Source of the DNA: Eledone cirrhosa
Lineage: Eukaryota
DNA: 64,000 nucleotides
Assembly (NCBI GenBank): GCA_964016885.1
Contig: OZ024741.1
Location: 368,962,001 to 369,026,000 of the forward strand
Direction: 5' to 3'
Shown here: piece by piece, positions 12,570 through 24,621 of the stretch
How the letters are laid out: each line of letters begins with the position of its first letter
Position numbering within the stretch: the stretch's first letter is position 1
Translations under genes and position numbers: made by a program
Notes under the pieces: model-generated
The model's input: the letters and a program-made list of their open reading frames with translations, nothing else
The model's database searches: none
What the model was told of the DNA's origin: nothing

Positions 12570-12666
12570 TGGGCCACCATTTGCTCACAATAGTGAGAGA
12601 TGGGGAAAGTGAGAGAGAGAGACATTGGCAGTGCGGTTTTGGTTCTTTTGTGTTCAAACCTGGTGT
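12570..12666 (+). mobile_element. 3' UTR fragment of CRE-like retroelement
   Basis: Reverse complement aligns by eye with 56373-56470, which lies 3' of the CRE-like endonuclease ORF. Confidence 0.65.
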
Positions 12667-13510
12667 CATCATCATCATCATCATCATCATCGTTTAACGT
12701 CCCTGTTCCACGCTTGCATGGGTTGGGACGGGGGTTTTCCCCACTTGAGGCAAGAGTGGTTGTCTTGCTCGCATAGGACTGTCTGGCGGGTTTTCTACAG
12801 CTGGATGCCCTTCCTAACACCAACCACATTTACAGTGGGACTGGGAGGTTTTTACCGTGTTGCCTACACGGTCACATTACAGCGTGGACTGTGCGTTTTT
12901 TGTCGTGACACCTACACGATCTCGTTTGTTTCGGCCTGGATGTTGTGGCACCAACATAACTTTGCATTGAAGGGGGCGGTGTGGATGGGGTGGGACGGGG
13001 GTGTATTTTGTTAGAGATGCCTACTGACTAGTAGGTTTTACTTTGTATTTAGGTAAGGCGGGTCTTCTCTGTTACTGAGTACCGCCAAAGGTCTCGGTCC
13101 AGTGACATTGTCTTGGAGAGGTGTAAGTGTGTGAGGTCGGAATTTATCAGCTCGGCCCAGGTTTTCCTGGGTCTGCCTACTCCGTGGCTACCATCTATCT
13201 TTATTGCCCTGCACTTTGTTATACAGCTGTCGTCTTTCATGCGCATCACGTGACCATACCAACGTAGCCTTCTCTCGAGTAAACAACATCTGATCCCTCT
13301 TATTTCTAATTTTTTCCTTAGTTCGTTTATGCTTTGCCGTTCATGTATATTACTATTACACATCCAGCGGAGCATGCAAGCTTCGTTCCTCTCTAGTCTG
13401 CGTATATCCTCTGCACACAATGCCCAGGTCTCACTGCCATGCAACATTGCTGTTCGTATGCAGGCATCATACAACCTGCCTTTCATTTTTAGGGAGAACC
13501 CTTTAGCGGC
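12667..13510 (-). mobile_element. 5'-truncated RTE LINE R1 copy 2
   Basis: (GAT)n tail; ORF 13049-13510 nearly identical to copy 1 (AAKGFSLK...KTRLT). Confidence 0.95.
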
Positions 13511-13789
13511 TGTGTATATTTTCAAAAATGTCTTGGTAATAAAATATAGGAGATTAAAGCCTTTTTCTGAGGTGTAATGTTTCTGTAAAATTTCCACATA
13601 AAAGAAACATACATTGAGCCTTAGCAGGAATTTGGTATTTGGTATTTGGTTATCTTTGTTAATCTGAGATGAGGTCTTTCTTTAAATTTGAGTCACTTTT
13701 TTCCACAAGACTCTTGAAATTTTTCAAATAAACTCTTGAATTATTAGATATCTATATATAAATTTGAGCGGCTTCCATCGGTCTGTCAC

Positions 13790-14050
13790 GTGTGTGCGTG
13801 TAAAAGGAAAGAAGGGGATGGTGAAAAAACTATAGCAAAACAGTGGCTGGCGTTCCATTTGTGTGTGGGTGTATATGTATATGTGCATTTGTGTAAATGT
13901 GGGTGCACGTCTGACTGCATGTCTGCATTTGTGTGTCTGCATGCGTGTGCGTGTGGCTGCATGTATGTGTTTATGTGAATGTAAGTGTTTGTGTTTATAT
14001 TTATATACTCATACATATAAATGTATGCATATGCAAACAAACACATGCAC
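13790..14050. repeat. Degenerate (TG/TATG)n low-complexity tract
   Basis: Alternating purine-pyrimidine runs. Confidence 0.8.
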
Positions 14051-14207
14051 CAACATGTTGAAAGAAATTCTAGTAAAACATTTCAGGTTAATCAGCATAT
14101 TGTTGCCACAATACAAGGGATTTGGGCTTAGTCAGGGTATAAGCATCTGTCATCTTTTACATGTCAAACTGTATTTGTGATGCATGTTTCTTCAACATTA
14201 AGATTTA

Positions 14208-14400
14208 CAGTATATACTCAAATATAAGCCAACCCCCAATTATTTTCTGTTTGAAAAATGGACAAAACTCCAGATTCCTTGTATAAGGTGAAGCAGCTAA
14301 TCAACACATTATGTTTAGATGGTACAGTTTTGAAATTCTCATGAGCAGAAAATATATTTATGAAGTTTTAATATTTTGATATTTAAAATATTTTAAGTAT
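14208..14400 (+). mobile_element. Tc1/mariner (Tigger/pogo-like) MITE fragment
   Basis: TA-CAGTATATACTCAAATATAAG terminus; reverse-complement copy at ~43085-43258. Confidence 0.65.
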
Positions 14401-14409
14401 CATTTAGAA

Positions 14410-14607
14410 CAGGCATGTCAAACATGCGGCCCTTTATAAGCATACCTGCAGCCCGCACAAAGGTTTTTACAGCGCGAACATGTTTTATCTTCGTAATATA
14501 AAATTAAGAAAATTAGTTGTAATGTGTGCAATTAGTTGTGTGTGGCCCTAGGCAACAGATATGTGACCCATGTAGCCCTCGGGGTTATCCTCAGTTTGAC
14601 ATGCTTG
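14410..14607 (+). mobile_element. hAT (Charlie-like) MITE
   Basis: TIR CAGGCATGTCAAAC / GTTTGACATGCTTG; degenerate 8-bp TSD atttagaa/gtttagag; second copy at 49007. Confidence 0.88.
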
Positions 14608-14764
14608 GTTTAGAGTATAGTTTTTGTTTCACAACTCCATTATGCAATGATTGTTTTTATCATTTATCCATTTTATAAAGTTTCAACTTTCTCAAATTTG
14701 TTTATTTCCGGCAACTTGGTGGAGATTGAAATTATGTGCCAGGGGACATAACGAATAGGGATAA

Positions 14765-14925
14765 CCATATTTCCTGGTGTCGAAGACACTACTTTTTTCC
14801 TAAAATAAGTCTTTAAAAAAAAAAATCTACCATGTATCCTGGAGGCCGAAGGTTGTTTATTATTTTTTTTTCAAATTTTTGGTTGTCAAAATTAGGGTGT
14901 GTCTTCAGTGCTGGGAAATACGGTA
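14765..14925 (+). mobile_element. Tc1/mariner-type MITE
   Basis: CCATATTTCCTGG ... CTGGGAAATACGG-TA inverted termini; related copy at ~38735-38882. Confidence 0.75.
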
Positions 14926-15339
14926 GTTAATAGAAAGAGATTGACTAAGAGAACATTGTAGGGAATAGAAGTGGGGAGGACAGTAAGCGAGAGAGAGGTG
15001 AGGCAGAGTGAGAAAAAGAAGAGAGGAAGAGCTATAAAATACAAGACAGAAGTAAAATTGAAAAGAAAAGTATAAGTCACAGAAATAAAACAGTTGGGAT
15101 GTGTGTGTGCATGCATGCGTGTATGTGTGTGTGTGGGGGGGGGGGGGGGGGGCATTTAGGAATTAAAAATTTTAAATAAAAATTTCTTGATAATCTTCTC
15201 AAGGGGTATAAACACTAATGACAGATATTTTAGCACCTTAAATACATAGAATTTGAAGCTGGGGAAAATCATCAAAATATTGACTTCAAATACAAGTTCA
15301 ACCCCACCCCTATTGATTTTTTGTTACATATTTCTCGGC

Positions 15340-15615
15340 AGAGCCTCAAACACTCTTTCCAGCAGTTCCTGTCAGAAGCAACCACCAAGATTATAGATGT
15401 TATCCAATAACCATCTTGCTTGGGGTCTACCCTTGGGTCTCCTGCCAATCGGTTTTGCCCATAAAGTCCAGCCACCAATTCTTTCCCGAGACATTCTAAC
15501 CATGTGCCCATAGTATCGGAGTTGTGATCTCTCATTTCTGACAAGTAGTGGCTCTACCTGGAGTGATTCTCTGATCTCCGAGCTACGCAGTATCAAGTAA
15601 CTTAACTCCAAACAC
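15340..15615 (-). mobile_element. Degenerate RTE LINE 3' fragment (family R2)
   Basis: Translation EPLLVRNERSQLRYYGHMVRM...KPIGRRPKGRP. Confidence 0.8.
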
Positions 15616-15956
15616 TCTTTGCATGTCTAAATTTGCACTACCATTTAAGCAGCTTTAGTATAAGAACAAATGTGAATGTACAAGAAATAAAAAGGAAATT
15701 ATTTAGAGGTAGCTAATACGGAAATGTTAATTCACACTTGAACAATTCTTTCCCACCTAATCAATACATAGTCAACAAATTAAAGAGAAAGGAGCAATTT
15801 GTAAAAGTTCTTTTATTGATTAACTGTAAATATACGAATATATGTTATGAATGTACAAAATAGCAAATGTAACTTTAAAAATTACCACTTCCATTAACGA
15901 TCCTTTCTATTTTATTGTCACATAGCATAACATTACTGTGTTATTTATAAAATGGT

Positions 15957-16553
15957 TGGTGGATTGGCAGTATTAGTAGAGGGTCGGACGCCATGCTTTG
16001 AAGCATAGAGTTATGGCCCTTTACGTTCTGAGTTCAAATCCCGCCGAGGTTAGCTTTGCTGTTCATCCTTACAGGGTTGATAAAATAAAGTAGGGGTCGA
16101 TTTCATCGATTTCCACTTTCCCAGAAATTGCTCTGCCTTGTGCCTAAATCAGAAACCATTATTAATAAAATTGTGCGACGGATTGGCAGTATCGGTAGAG
16201 GGTCGGACGCCATGCTTTCCAGCATAGTTACGTCCCTTTACGATCCGAGTTCAAATCCTGCCGAAGTTGACTTTGCCTTTCATCCTTACGGGGGTCGATA
16301 AAATAAAGTACCAGTAATGAACTGGGTAATTGCTGGCCTTGTGCCTAAAGTAGAAACAATTATTAATAAAATTGTGTATACGACTTCAATAATGAAGTAA
16401 AATACACTTAACTTAAATTTGAAAATATAGTTGCCACACTGCAAATAACTATAATAATTGATTCTATTTTTGACACAAGGCCAGTGCATTACTGGTACTT
16501 TATCACCATAAGGATGAAAGGCAAAGTGAACCTCGGCGAGATTTGAACTCAGA
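15957..16553. mobile_element. SINE S1 cluster: two + copies (15957-16165, 16178-16365) and a partial - copy (16450-16553)
   Basis: A/B boxes and S1 core sequence. Confidence 0.9.
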
Positions 16554-16939
16554 ACACACACGCATGCGCGAAATTTGGTCATTGCAATAACAAGAAACCG
16601 ATTCCAGTTTCAAATAAAGATTGACAGAACTGGATGTCCAACTTGATCTTGGGATGAACACCGCTTCATATTTCTTATTACCAGTCAGTATTTCTACATA
16701 TACATCCAAGGTGGCTCATTATACATAAATACATACATATAAACATGCACATAGATGTGTATATATACATCGACACTCAAACACAAATATATATGCACAC
16801 ACTCACCCTATACCCTAAAAAATAATAAACTGATGAGTCATGGTTGGAATGTTTTCAATCATAGATAGGTTTGATCAGAGTTGACCTGGAGCTAATCATT
16901 AACACTACTACTACTACTACTAGTAATCACTTGCAATTT

Positions 16940-17322
16940 AGTATCATTTGGAAGTATGTAACAGAGAGAAAGACCCAGGTGTTTGACAACAAATGCATAA
17001 GAAAACTACTTTGTATTTCAAATTGGGAACATAAAACCAATGAATACGTGCGAAGAAAGGTTGAAAGTTTTGTGGGTCACCAAGAACCTCTCCTCGCCAC
17101 TCTCACGAGGAGGAAACTGGCGTGGTTTGGCCACATCACACGACAGCCTGTGCAAGATCATCATGCAACCCACTGTTGAAAGTGGATGCAGGAGGGGACA
17201 CCAATGCAAAAACTGGTTGGACAATGTCAAAGAATGGACACACATGACTACACTAGATTTGTTGACGTCTGCTGTTCATTATCATCAGTCCCTCGACTAC
17301 AGAAGTCGAGGGACTGATGATA
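16940..17322 (+). mobile_element. Degenerate RTE LINE 3' fragment (family R3)
   Basis: Translation KCIRKLLCISNWEHKTNEYV...RRKLAWFGHITR, frameshifted; GATGAT tail. Confidence 0.8.
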
Positions 17323-18669
17323 ATGAACACGCTTTAAATAAGTGTTGGAGGTGGCTATGCAGTTGTGAACAGATACAGACACCTTCTCAACCTGCTCTCC
17401 CTTGATCCAGCAGAATATCCAGGATATAACAGCTTGAAGGAGGGCTATACCAGCACTGGGCTGCTACTCTTTATTGACCTTGAAAAAATGCAAAGGAAAA
17501 AGGATGCCAGCTGGATTTTAACCGAGAATGTAGAGACCTGGAACGAATATCCAACAATGTAACGATTCTCTCAAACTGACTTCCTAAATCATCAACAACT
17601 CACCTGGAATATAAAAGTACCATGTGAAGAGTGAAACTAGTGTTGAGATTCAACCCATTAACCAGTTCTAGAAGTGTACAGAAATACACTTGACTGTAAA
17701 TAATAACCCCACTGCCCACATTGCATGTATGCAACTCGTAGTAGAAAGCAACATATGTTGGAGTATGGTCCTCTTAAGTGAAATAAATTTGTAGATTGCA
17801 CCTAGTCATTCTACTTAGTTCTTTTCAATATGGGCTGACCAAGGTCTTAACAACAACATGATTTAATTATTAGTTACCAATGCACAGCTGTATCCAATGT
17901 AAAACATGTGCATAAGTTTATTTGAAACATGTCTAATCATAAATGATAAGGCTGAGATAATAATGGTTTCTTATTTAGACAAGGCCAACAGTTTTTGAGA
18001 AGAGAGGAATGTCAATTATATCAACCTCAGTACTTGACTGGTACTTTAATCAACTCAAGCAGTATGACAGGAAAAGTTCACCTCTCTAGGATTTGCATTC
18101 AGAATGTAAAGAGCTAGAACAAATACTGCAAAGTATTTTATTTGATGCTCTAACAATTCTGCAAATTCACTATGTTAAGGGTGAGCTAAAAATAATCTTT
18201 TCTATACAAAATAACCTTGTAATGGCAAGTACTCATTTCCATCAAATACATAATAGACACAGGGGGAGTTTCTAATGGACAGGAATATAGCTGAAGCATA
18301 TCACAATGAGGTAGCCTCAACATGGTTGCTTGACCTGCTAGAAATAGCAGCAAAATTTCTCACAAATCACACTACTTCCTTAAAGACATTAACACAATAC
18401 TAGATACTTAAGATGGGATGGTCAAGGCTGAAATATCTTTGATTGTAAGTCTGCCCTACCAGAGTTAACCTGGGACAACAAATGTAAATTATCAGCATCA
18501 GATGTGCATATTGACAGAGAGGTACTGGTCATGGATGACATTTTGTTTATTGAAAAGGCTGAAGTTGAAACTGTATATCCAGACTAAGATTAGCAAAATT
18601 ATTGGTTCTGACTTGTTGATCAGTCTTGAAGAATTTAAGGATATTGACATGACTAGAATATATGGTGGT

Positions 18670-19040
18670 CAGCCCTTTTCATATCAAACTGCCTAAAACT
18701 GTTCTATGATAAATCTTTTAGTTACTCATCTAAAAAAAAAACCTTCCATCACAATTTTATGTAAGAACTGTTAAGTTATGTTCCAAACACCAGCTTAATA
18801 ATAAGAAAATTAGTTATATCACTAGATCTCTCAAAATTCTTGATTATTTTCAAAATTATTTGAAATTTATAGGCAGTGTCTTAGTAGAAATGGGGTAACA
18901 CAGGTAGAAACAAGTATTCACAAATTGGTTGAATCACTTCTCGGTTTTGAACAGACTGCAAGTCAGATGTTTGGTATTATTACACACAAAACTATAGAAG
19001 CAGATCAAGAGAAAATAACTGAATGAATAGTACTGCAGAA
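18670..19040 (+). mobile_element. DNA-transposon-like repeat MITE-B
   Basis: Homologous to 26215-26450 (CACTAGATCTCTC..AATTCTTGATTATTTTCAAA..) and to the reverse complement of 670-880. Confidence 0.6.
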
Positions 19041-19404
19041 CCACTGAAGATATGCAAGAGAAAATAAGCAACTTCAAGGGACTCACATAAAAATCATGTG
19101 GATTACTAATTGTTGCAAGCAGAGGCTTGCAACAAAACCATAATGAAAAACTTCCAGCTGATGAAAACAGTAGCAAATAAAAAAAGTAATTGGTGCTGTC
19201 TGAACAGTTCTTGTCAGTCCTGTCATCAGAAATGCAGTAAACTAGTGACTGCTGTGGTGGAAGTCAACAACATGTTCACAAATTTCAATATAAAATAAAA
19301 ACTATTGCAATAAAAACTATTGCAATACAAACTGGACACAATTGTTTAGCAAAATGTTTCAAATTAATAAAACAGCTTGAATAGAATGAAGGATTGCTTA
19401 TTAA

Positions 19405-19619
19405 CCCTTTAGCATTTAAACCGGCTATCTGGTCAGAATTCTCTCACCTCTTTCTGTTCAAACCTGCTGTAACCAGCCACCTATACTTATGTTAAGGTAT
19501 TGTTCTCAAAATAAATATCAAAATTTCATAAATTCGATATTATGTGAGGTAATTATGTGAGATAAAGTGTTTACATGAAAATTCAATAGTAAAAATAGAG
19601 TAATATAAATGCTAAAGGA
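19405..19619 (+). mobile_element. piggyBac-like MITE-A, uninterrupted
   Basis: TTAA-CCCTTTAGCATTTA ... TAAATGCTAAAGGA-TTAA. Confidence 0.9.
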
Positions 19620-19784
19620 TTAAACAAGGATAAGAACTTGAAGAGATATTACTCTGCTTCAAGTTGGTGCTTTGAACATATTTTTACCAATAACTTACTC
19701 CCTACGATTGATATACATATCAGATTATGGGCATAGTGAGCCATTAAAAGAGACATTTTACACTGATCTTAGAGACATCATCTG

Positions 19785-19995
19785 AATAATGGTTTCTACT
19801 TTAGGCACAATTTGAAGGGAAGGAGAAAGTCAATTAAATTGGCCCCAGTACTTACTGGTACTTTATTTTATCGACCCATAAGGATGAAAGGCAAAGCTAA
19901 CCTCGGCGAAATTTGAACTTAGACCGTAAAGAGCCATAACTATGCTGCAAAGCATGGTGTCTGACACTCTACCAATACTGCCAATCCACCGCCCT
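19785..19995 (-). mobile_element. SINE S1 (long subtype)
   Basis: Reverse complement of S1 consensus. Confidence 0.88.
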
Positions 19996-20582
19996 CATCA
20001 TCTAAACTATAAAGTAAGGACTGTGGAACTGCATACGGTTTATTTCTTTTAATCCAGTTAGTAAAATAAGTTGGATTACTTTGAATAAATAATGAATGAA
20101 TATTACATAATTTATGTCCTAAATTTCGTAAACATAAATAATTTAAAATTGACTTTTCAAATTTTCGTTCACATATCTACACTTCCGGTATATCGTCGCA
20201 CCACTTCAACTACCATATATATAGAAAGAGGGAGTGTGTGATGAGAGAGATAGAGAGACTATGATTTTCTACACGCTGACGCGTATGAGTGTGCACATGT
20301 ATACATCTATATGTATATAACTATTATGAGTATATAATTATAATCGTGCAAACGCAAACTTATAAAAACACACGCTCACGGACATTCATGCAAATACACA
20401 TACATTCACACAAACATACATACATTCACACAAACAATCAAGATAGCAGTGTTCGGTGAATTGGAAATGGGAGGGTAAAACAAGTATAACGTTTTATCTA
20501 TTCATTAATTCTTTATTTATTTATTAACTTTTTTTTTAGAACTCATTTAATATAATGGTTACAGAACGAAAACACTAACAAA

Positions 20583-20967
20583 TATAATTGTTTCTACTTT
20601 TGGCACAAGGCCAGCAATTATCCCAGAGTATCACTGGTACTTTATTTTATCGATCCCCATAAGGCTGAAAGGAAAAGTTAACCTCGGTGGGATTTGAACT
20701 CCGATCGTAAAGGGCCGTAACTCTATGCAGCAAAGCATGGCATCCGACCCTCTACCGATACTGTCAATCCACCACCCTTTTAATAATTGTTTCTACTTTT
20801 GGCACAAGACCAGCAATTATCCCAGTGCATTACTGGTACTTTATTTTATTGACCTCGTAAGGATGAAAGGCAAAGTTAACCTCGACGGGATTTGAACTCA
20901 GACTGTAAAGGGACATAACTATGCTGGAAAGCATGGCGTCCGACCCTCTACCGATACTACCAATTCA
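20583..20967 (-). mobile_element. Two tandem SINE S1 copies
   Basis: Reverse-complement S1 at 20583-20778 and 20782-20967. Confidence 0.92.
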
Positions 20968-20989
20968 ATATAATATATACAAAGAAAAG

Positions 20990-21555
20990 GGAAAGGAAAA
21001 AAAGAAAGAAAAAATACACAAGCACGTAATACACACATCTTAGACCACATAGAACAAAATGCAGACGAAATAGTGGAAAAACGAGCTACTACCAGAGCAA
21101 AAGATAGCAATATAGCAAGGAGCACTGGGAAACCTCTAATAATTTTTGGGGCAGGCCAGCATGCTCACAGCGTTACCTGGGGTGATGGCCACGCTGAGGT
21201 GCTGGAACAACCAAGTGCCCTCACAAACATCACCAGTTACCTCTGTTTGGCGAGGCGCCAGTGAAGATAAGATTCTCGCTGTCAGTAGCCCGACTCCCCC
21301 AAACGTCTAGAACGCCACAGGCCAGATAATGTAGTTAGCTGACAGAATTTTAGGATTTTGTTCCGTTCAGCTGGAGATGCTGTAGCTCTCGCCCTTACCG
21401 ATACATCCAGAATGTGGGAAGAAGCAAAAGCGTCACTAACTGTGACGTACCAGGTAAGGCACCTGCCTTTTGACCAGGAGCACAGAGTAAGATCGTCAAG
21501 TCTTTTCCCATCAATTCAGGACAACCCAGATGTTTGCCCGAGCCAAAGCTCTTAA
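20990..21555 (-). mobile_element. CRE-clade non-LTR retrotransposon 3' fragment (restriction-like endonuclease), degraded
   Basis: My translation of the minus strand: DGKRLDDLTLCSWSKGRCLTWYVTVSDAFASSH...AERNKILKF / PVAF*TFGG...WLFQHLSVAITPGNAVSML; contains a frameshift and a stop. Confidence 0.8.
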
Positions 21556-21749
21556 GTGGTAACAGGCATGCGTGAGTGTGTCGGCGTTCTTAAATTAGAG
21601 ACGCGCGTGTGTGTGTGTGTGTGCGTGTGAGTGTGTGTGTCTGTTTTTAAGTTAGACTTATGTGTGTGTGTGTATCCCTTTCCTTCCTTTTACACACACA
21701 TTCACACAAACACACATACACATTGCGTGATGGACGGGTGGACAGAAGT

Positions 21750-22355
21750 CCCTCAAATTTATATACATGTGAATGGAGTTCTACTGAAGCAGTTAGAGAA
21801 GTTCAAGTATCTGGGAGCCGTGTTCATAAGTGATGGAATGCAAGAGGCTGAATTAAGTGCAAGAATTGCAAAAGCTGATGCAGAAATGCGCCAGCCTCAG
21901 CATTCAGCAATCAGATGAGGGGGGTGGGGGTATTCCTGGTATTCCTGCCAAATCTTACCGAGGATCATGAATCTTGAGTAATGACCAAAAGAATACAATT
22001 GCAAATAAAAGTGGCAGAAATGGGATTCCTCCGAAGGGTCTTTGGGGTAACGTTACTCGATAAAGTGCATAACTCAGAGACCAGAGAGTCACTCCTGGTA
22101 GAGCTGCTACTTTTCCGAATTGAGAGATCACAACTCCGATATTATGAGCATGTGGTTAGAATGCCTCAGTAAAGAATCGCTGGACACATTTTACAGGCAA
22201 AACCAACCGGCAAGAGATCCAGAAGTAGACCCTGAGCTTGGATGGTCATACTTTGGGATCCAGCTGGATCAGTAAGAGATGTTTGCTACTGACAAACTCG
22301 TGTTTGAGAAGGACTGCCCCCATGACCCTCTCAGAAATAAGTGGGTGAAGAAGAA
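21750..22355 (+). mobile_element. Degenerate RTE LINE R2 fragment
   Basis: LKQLEKFKYLGAVF...; AEMGFLRRV...IERSQLRYYEHVVRM. Confidence 0.82.
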
Positions 22356-22438
22356 GATATTGTCAATTTACTTTTCAATTTACATATATCTATATGCATA
22401 TATATTTGCGTATAATACCAATATGCACACTACATACG

Positions 22439-22475
22439 CTAGCAGAAAACCGCCCGAAGAGCGTTTTTTTGCTAG
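22439..22475. repeat. Short palindrome ending CTAG (Helitron-like 3' end)
   Basis: CTAGCAGAAAACCGCCCGAAGAGCGTTTTTTTGCTAG; better-preserved copy at 36797-36833. Confidence 0.6.
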
Positions 22476-23019
22476 TCTGAATAATAATGAAAACACATCA
22501 ACAAGTCTGACTAATCTGTTGATAATGACTTTTGTGAATTTTAAAAAGATTCACTAGTGCTGCTAATTCTAAGTCCATTGTTATGTCATGTTTGTATTTT
22601 AAGACAAAATATTTTATAATAAAAATAAACTGGTTTGTAATGTAGTTTACTTACTGGCACTTCAACATTATCTATGGCTCAGAATATACAAAGAGATACT
22701 TTCTTTTTAATCACAGTTCAATATAATATGTACTGGAAAATGAAGCAAGATATTTAAGAGGGAACTAGTGCTAAAATGATCGATGAACATCATTGTGTGT
22801 AACAAATTATGCTCACTATTGTCGATCTTAGACTAAATACCTATCAACAGTTGAAAATGCTAAAGGGCAGCCTATAGTATTTGGTAGAAGAATTACTTTA
22901 GTCATCAATTCACAACAGACACTCATAATAACTGTATATAGCACGATAACTGAAAGTTGTGAGTGTGACTATGTAGGTTGAGGATATCTTATGTTATTTT
23001 AAATTATTCTTATGGTAAT

Positions 23020-23205
23020 TAGCAGCATCAGTGGAGGGTCGGACACCATGCTTTACAGCATAGAGTTACGGCCCTTTACGGTCTGGGTTCAAATCCCACA
23101 GAGGTAAACTTTGCCTTTCCTCCTTACAGGGTTGATAAAATCAAGTACCAGCAATGCACTGGGACAATTGCTGACCTTGTGCCAAAAATAGAAAATTATT
23201 ATTAT
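23020..23205 (+). mobile_element. SINE S1
   Basis: S1 consensus match. Confidence 0.85.
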
Positions 23206-23402
23206 GGTAACAATATTGTAAAATAACTATATAGGTTTGCAGAGAATCAGCAGTGCATTCACTATATTACTGATTTTCATTGGGGCTGCTCACCTGTATT
23301 TCACTGTAGCCAGTGTATTCTGTGTTTCTTTGAGAGCAGTGAGGTTTGAACAGTACTTAAAACACCTTACAAGATATCACAGCTTAAGCATTGCTGCCAA
23401 CG

Positions 23403-23562
23403 AGCGAGAGAGAGAAAGAGATATAGAGAAAGAGATAGAGAGAGAGAAAGAGAGAGAGAGAGAAAGAGATAGAGAAAGAGAGAGATAGAGATAGAGAGAG
23501 AGAGAGAGAGATAGAGAGAGAGAGATAGAGAGAAAGAAAAAGAAAGAAAGAGAAAAAAAGAG

Positions 23563-23595
<33 letters not shown>

Positions 23596-23613
23596 AAAGA
23601 GAGAAAGAGAGAG

Positions 23614-23652
<39 letters not shown>

Positions 23653-23780
23653 AAGAGAAAGAAAAAAGAGAAAGAGACAGAGAAATAGAAAAAGAGAAAG
23701 AGAGAAAGAGAAAGAGAGAAAGAGAGAAAGAGAGAAAGAGAGAAAGAGAGAAAGAGAGAAAAAGAGAAAAAGAGAGAAAG
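23403..23780. repeat. (AG/AGAAAG)n microsatellite
   Basis: Purine-only tract. Confidence 0.97.
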
Positions 23781-24340
23781 TTTGAGACATTTCAAAATAT
23801 TCTTGTTGGAGAAGAGCAGAGTTTGCACCCTGAATATCTACATCTACAGAAAAATAAAACCTGGACAGGAAGGAACTGGAGATCTGGTCTGAATCTTTGC
23901 AACAGATGATTATAGCTACCATCCAAATGGTTGCTATAGAAAAGGAAAGAACTAAGTGTGTCTCATTTCGCCAGTATAGAACATTTTTTTCAACTAGATC
24001 TTTACTTCCTTGCAATTGTTCACAGTAGCCAAACTTTTGTGAGACTTAGTTAAATGGATATGTATTGAAACGCTCTACCTTCCAAAACAAATATCTTGCA
24101 GGTAAAGCAACTATATAGATGTCTCATTGCCTTCTGTTTTTCTAATATATTGAGGCATCTCTTACAGGATTCATTTCTGTGGTAAGATACAAGCTAAGTA
24201 CAAGAGAAGTAAACCTATGTTAAAATTTTCATTTGTTAAAATTTGAAATCTGTCCATTCAGAGCTTATCCCAGTATCTTTGATATTAAATAACTAAGACA
24301 AGATGCCAATCCATTGCAAAGTTAACCATTAACTGTTACT

Positions 24341-24621
24341 CAGAGGAATAACTAGGGAAAATAGCACCTATGGCAAGCAGTGAAATTGCACCCCTGCCCA
24401 GCACTGTATTTTTACCTATGGGCCTAATAATTTATATAAATGGTTTAATGATCCAACCACCATAGTGTTCTTACCCATGATAGAGACTGATCATACAGGA
24501 GTTTTTTTCCCTCTCCGACGAGGCTTTTGACTAATTGAACATGCTCCTAGTCCATGCGTCGTCCCTGTCATGTGGTGCCTATAGCATGTAACATGCTTGC
24601 CATACCCTAGTTACGTCCCTG
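24341..24621 (+). mobile_element. hAT-like MITE inserted in an older SINE
   Basis: TIR CAGAGGAATAACTAGGG / CCCTAGTTACGTCCCTG; 8-bp TSD ctgttact/ctgctact. Confidence 0.78.

Noticed and set aside
13511-13597. N-terminus of the 182-aa ORF as a real start
   Set aside because: It is flanking DNA read in frame with the truncated LINE
21371-21453. Apparent + strand exon (TTTTGTTCCGTTCAG| ... CAG|GTAAGG)
   Set aside because: It lies antisense within a CRE-like endonuclease fragment, which explains the sequence; exonisation cannot be excluded without RNA data
23237-24015. ORFs of 83-212 aa
   Set aside because: Mostly AG microsatellite translation with no recognisable domain
24168-24181. Possible micro-exon (TTACAG|GATTCATTTCTGTG|GTAAG)
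   Set aside because: Such short AG..GT matches are expected by chance in 64 kb and there is no supporting partner exon
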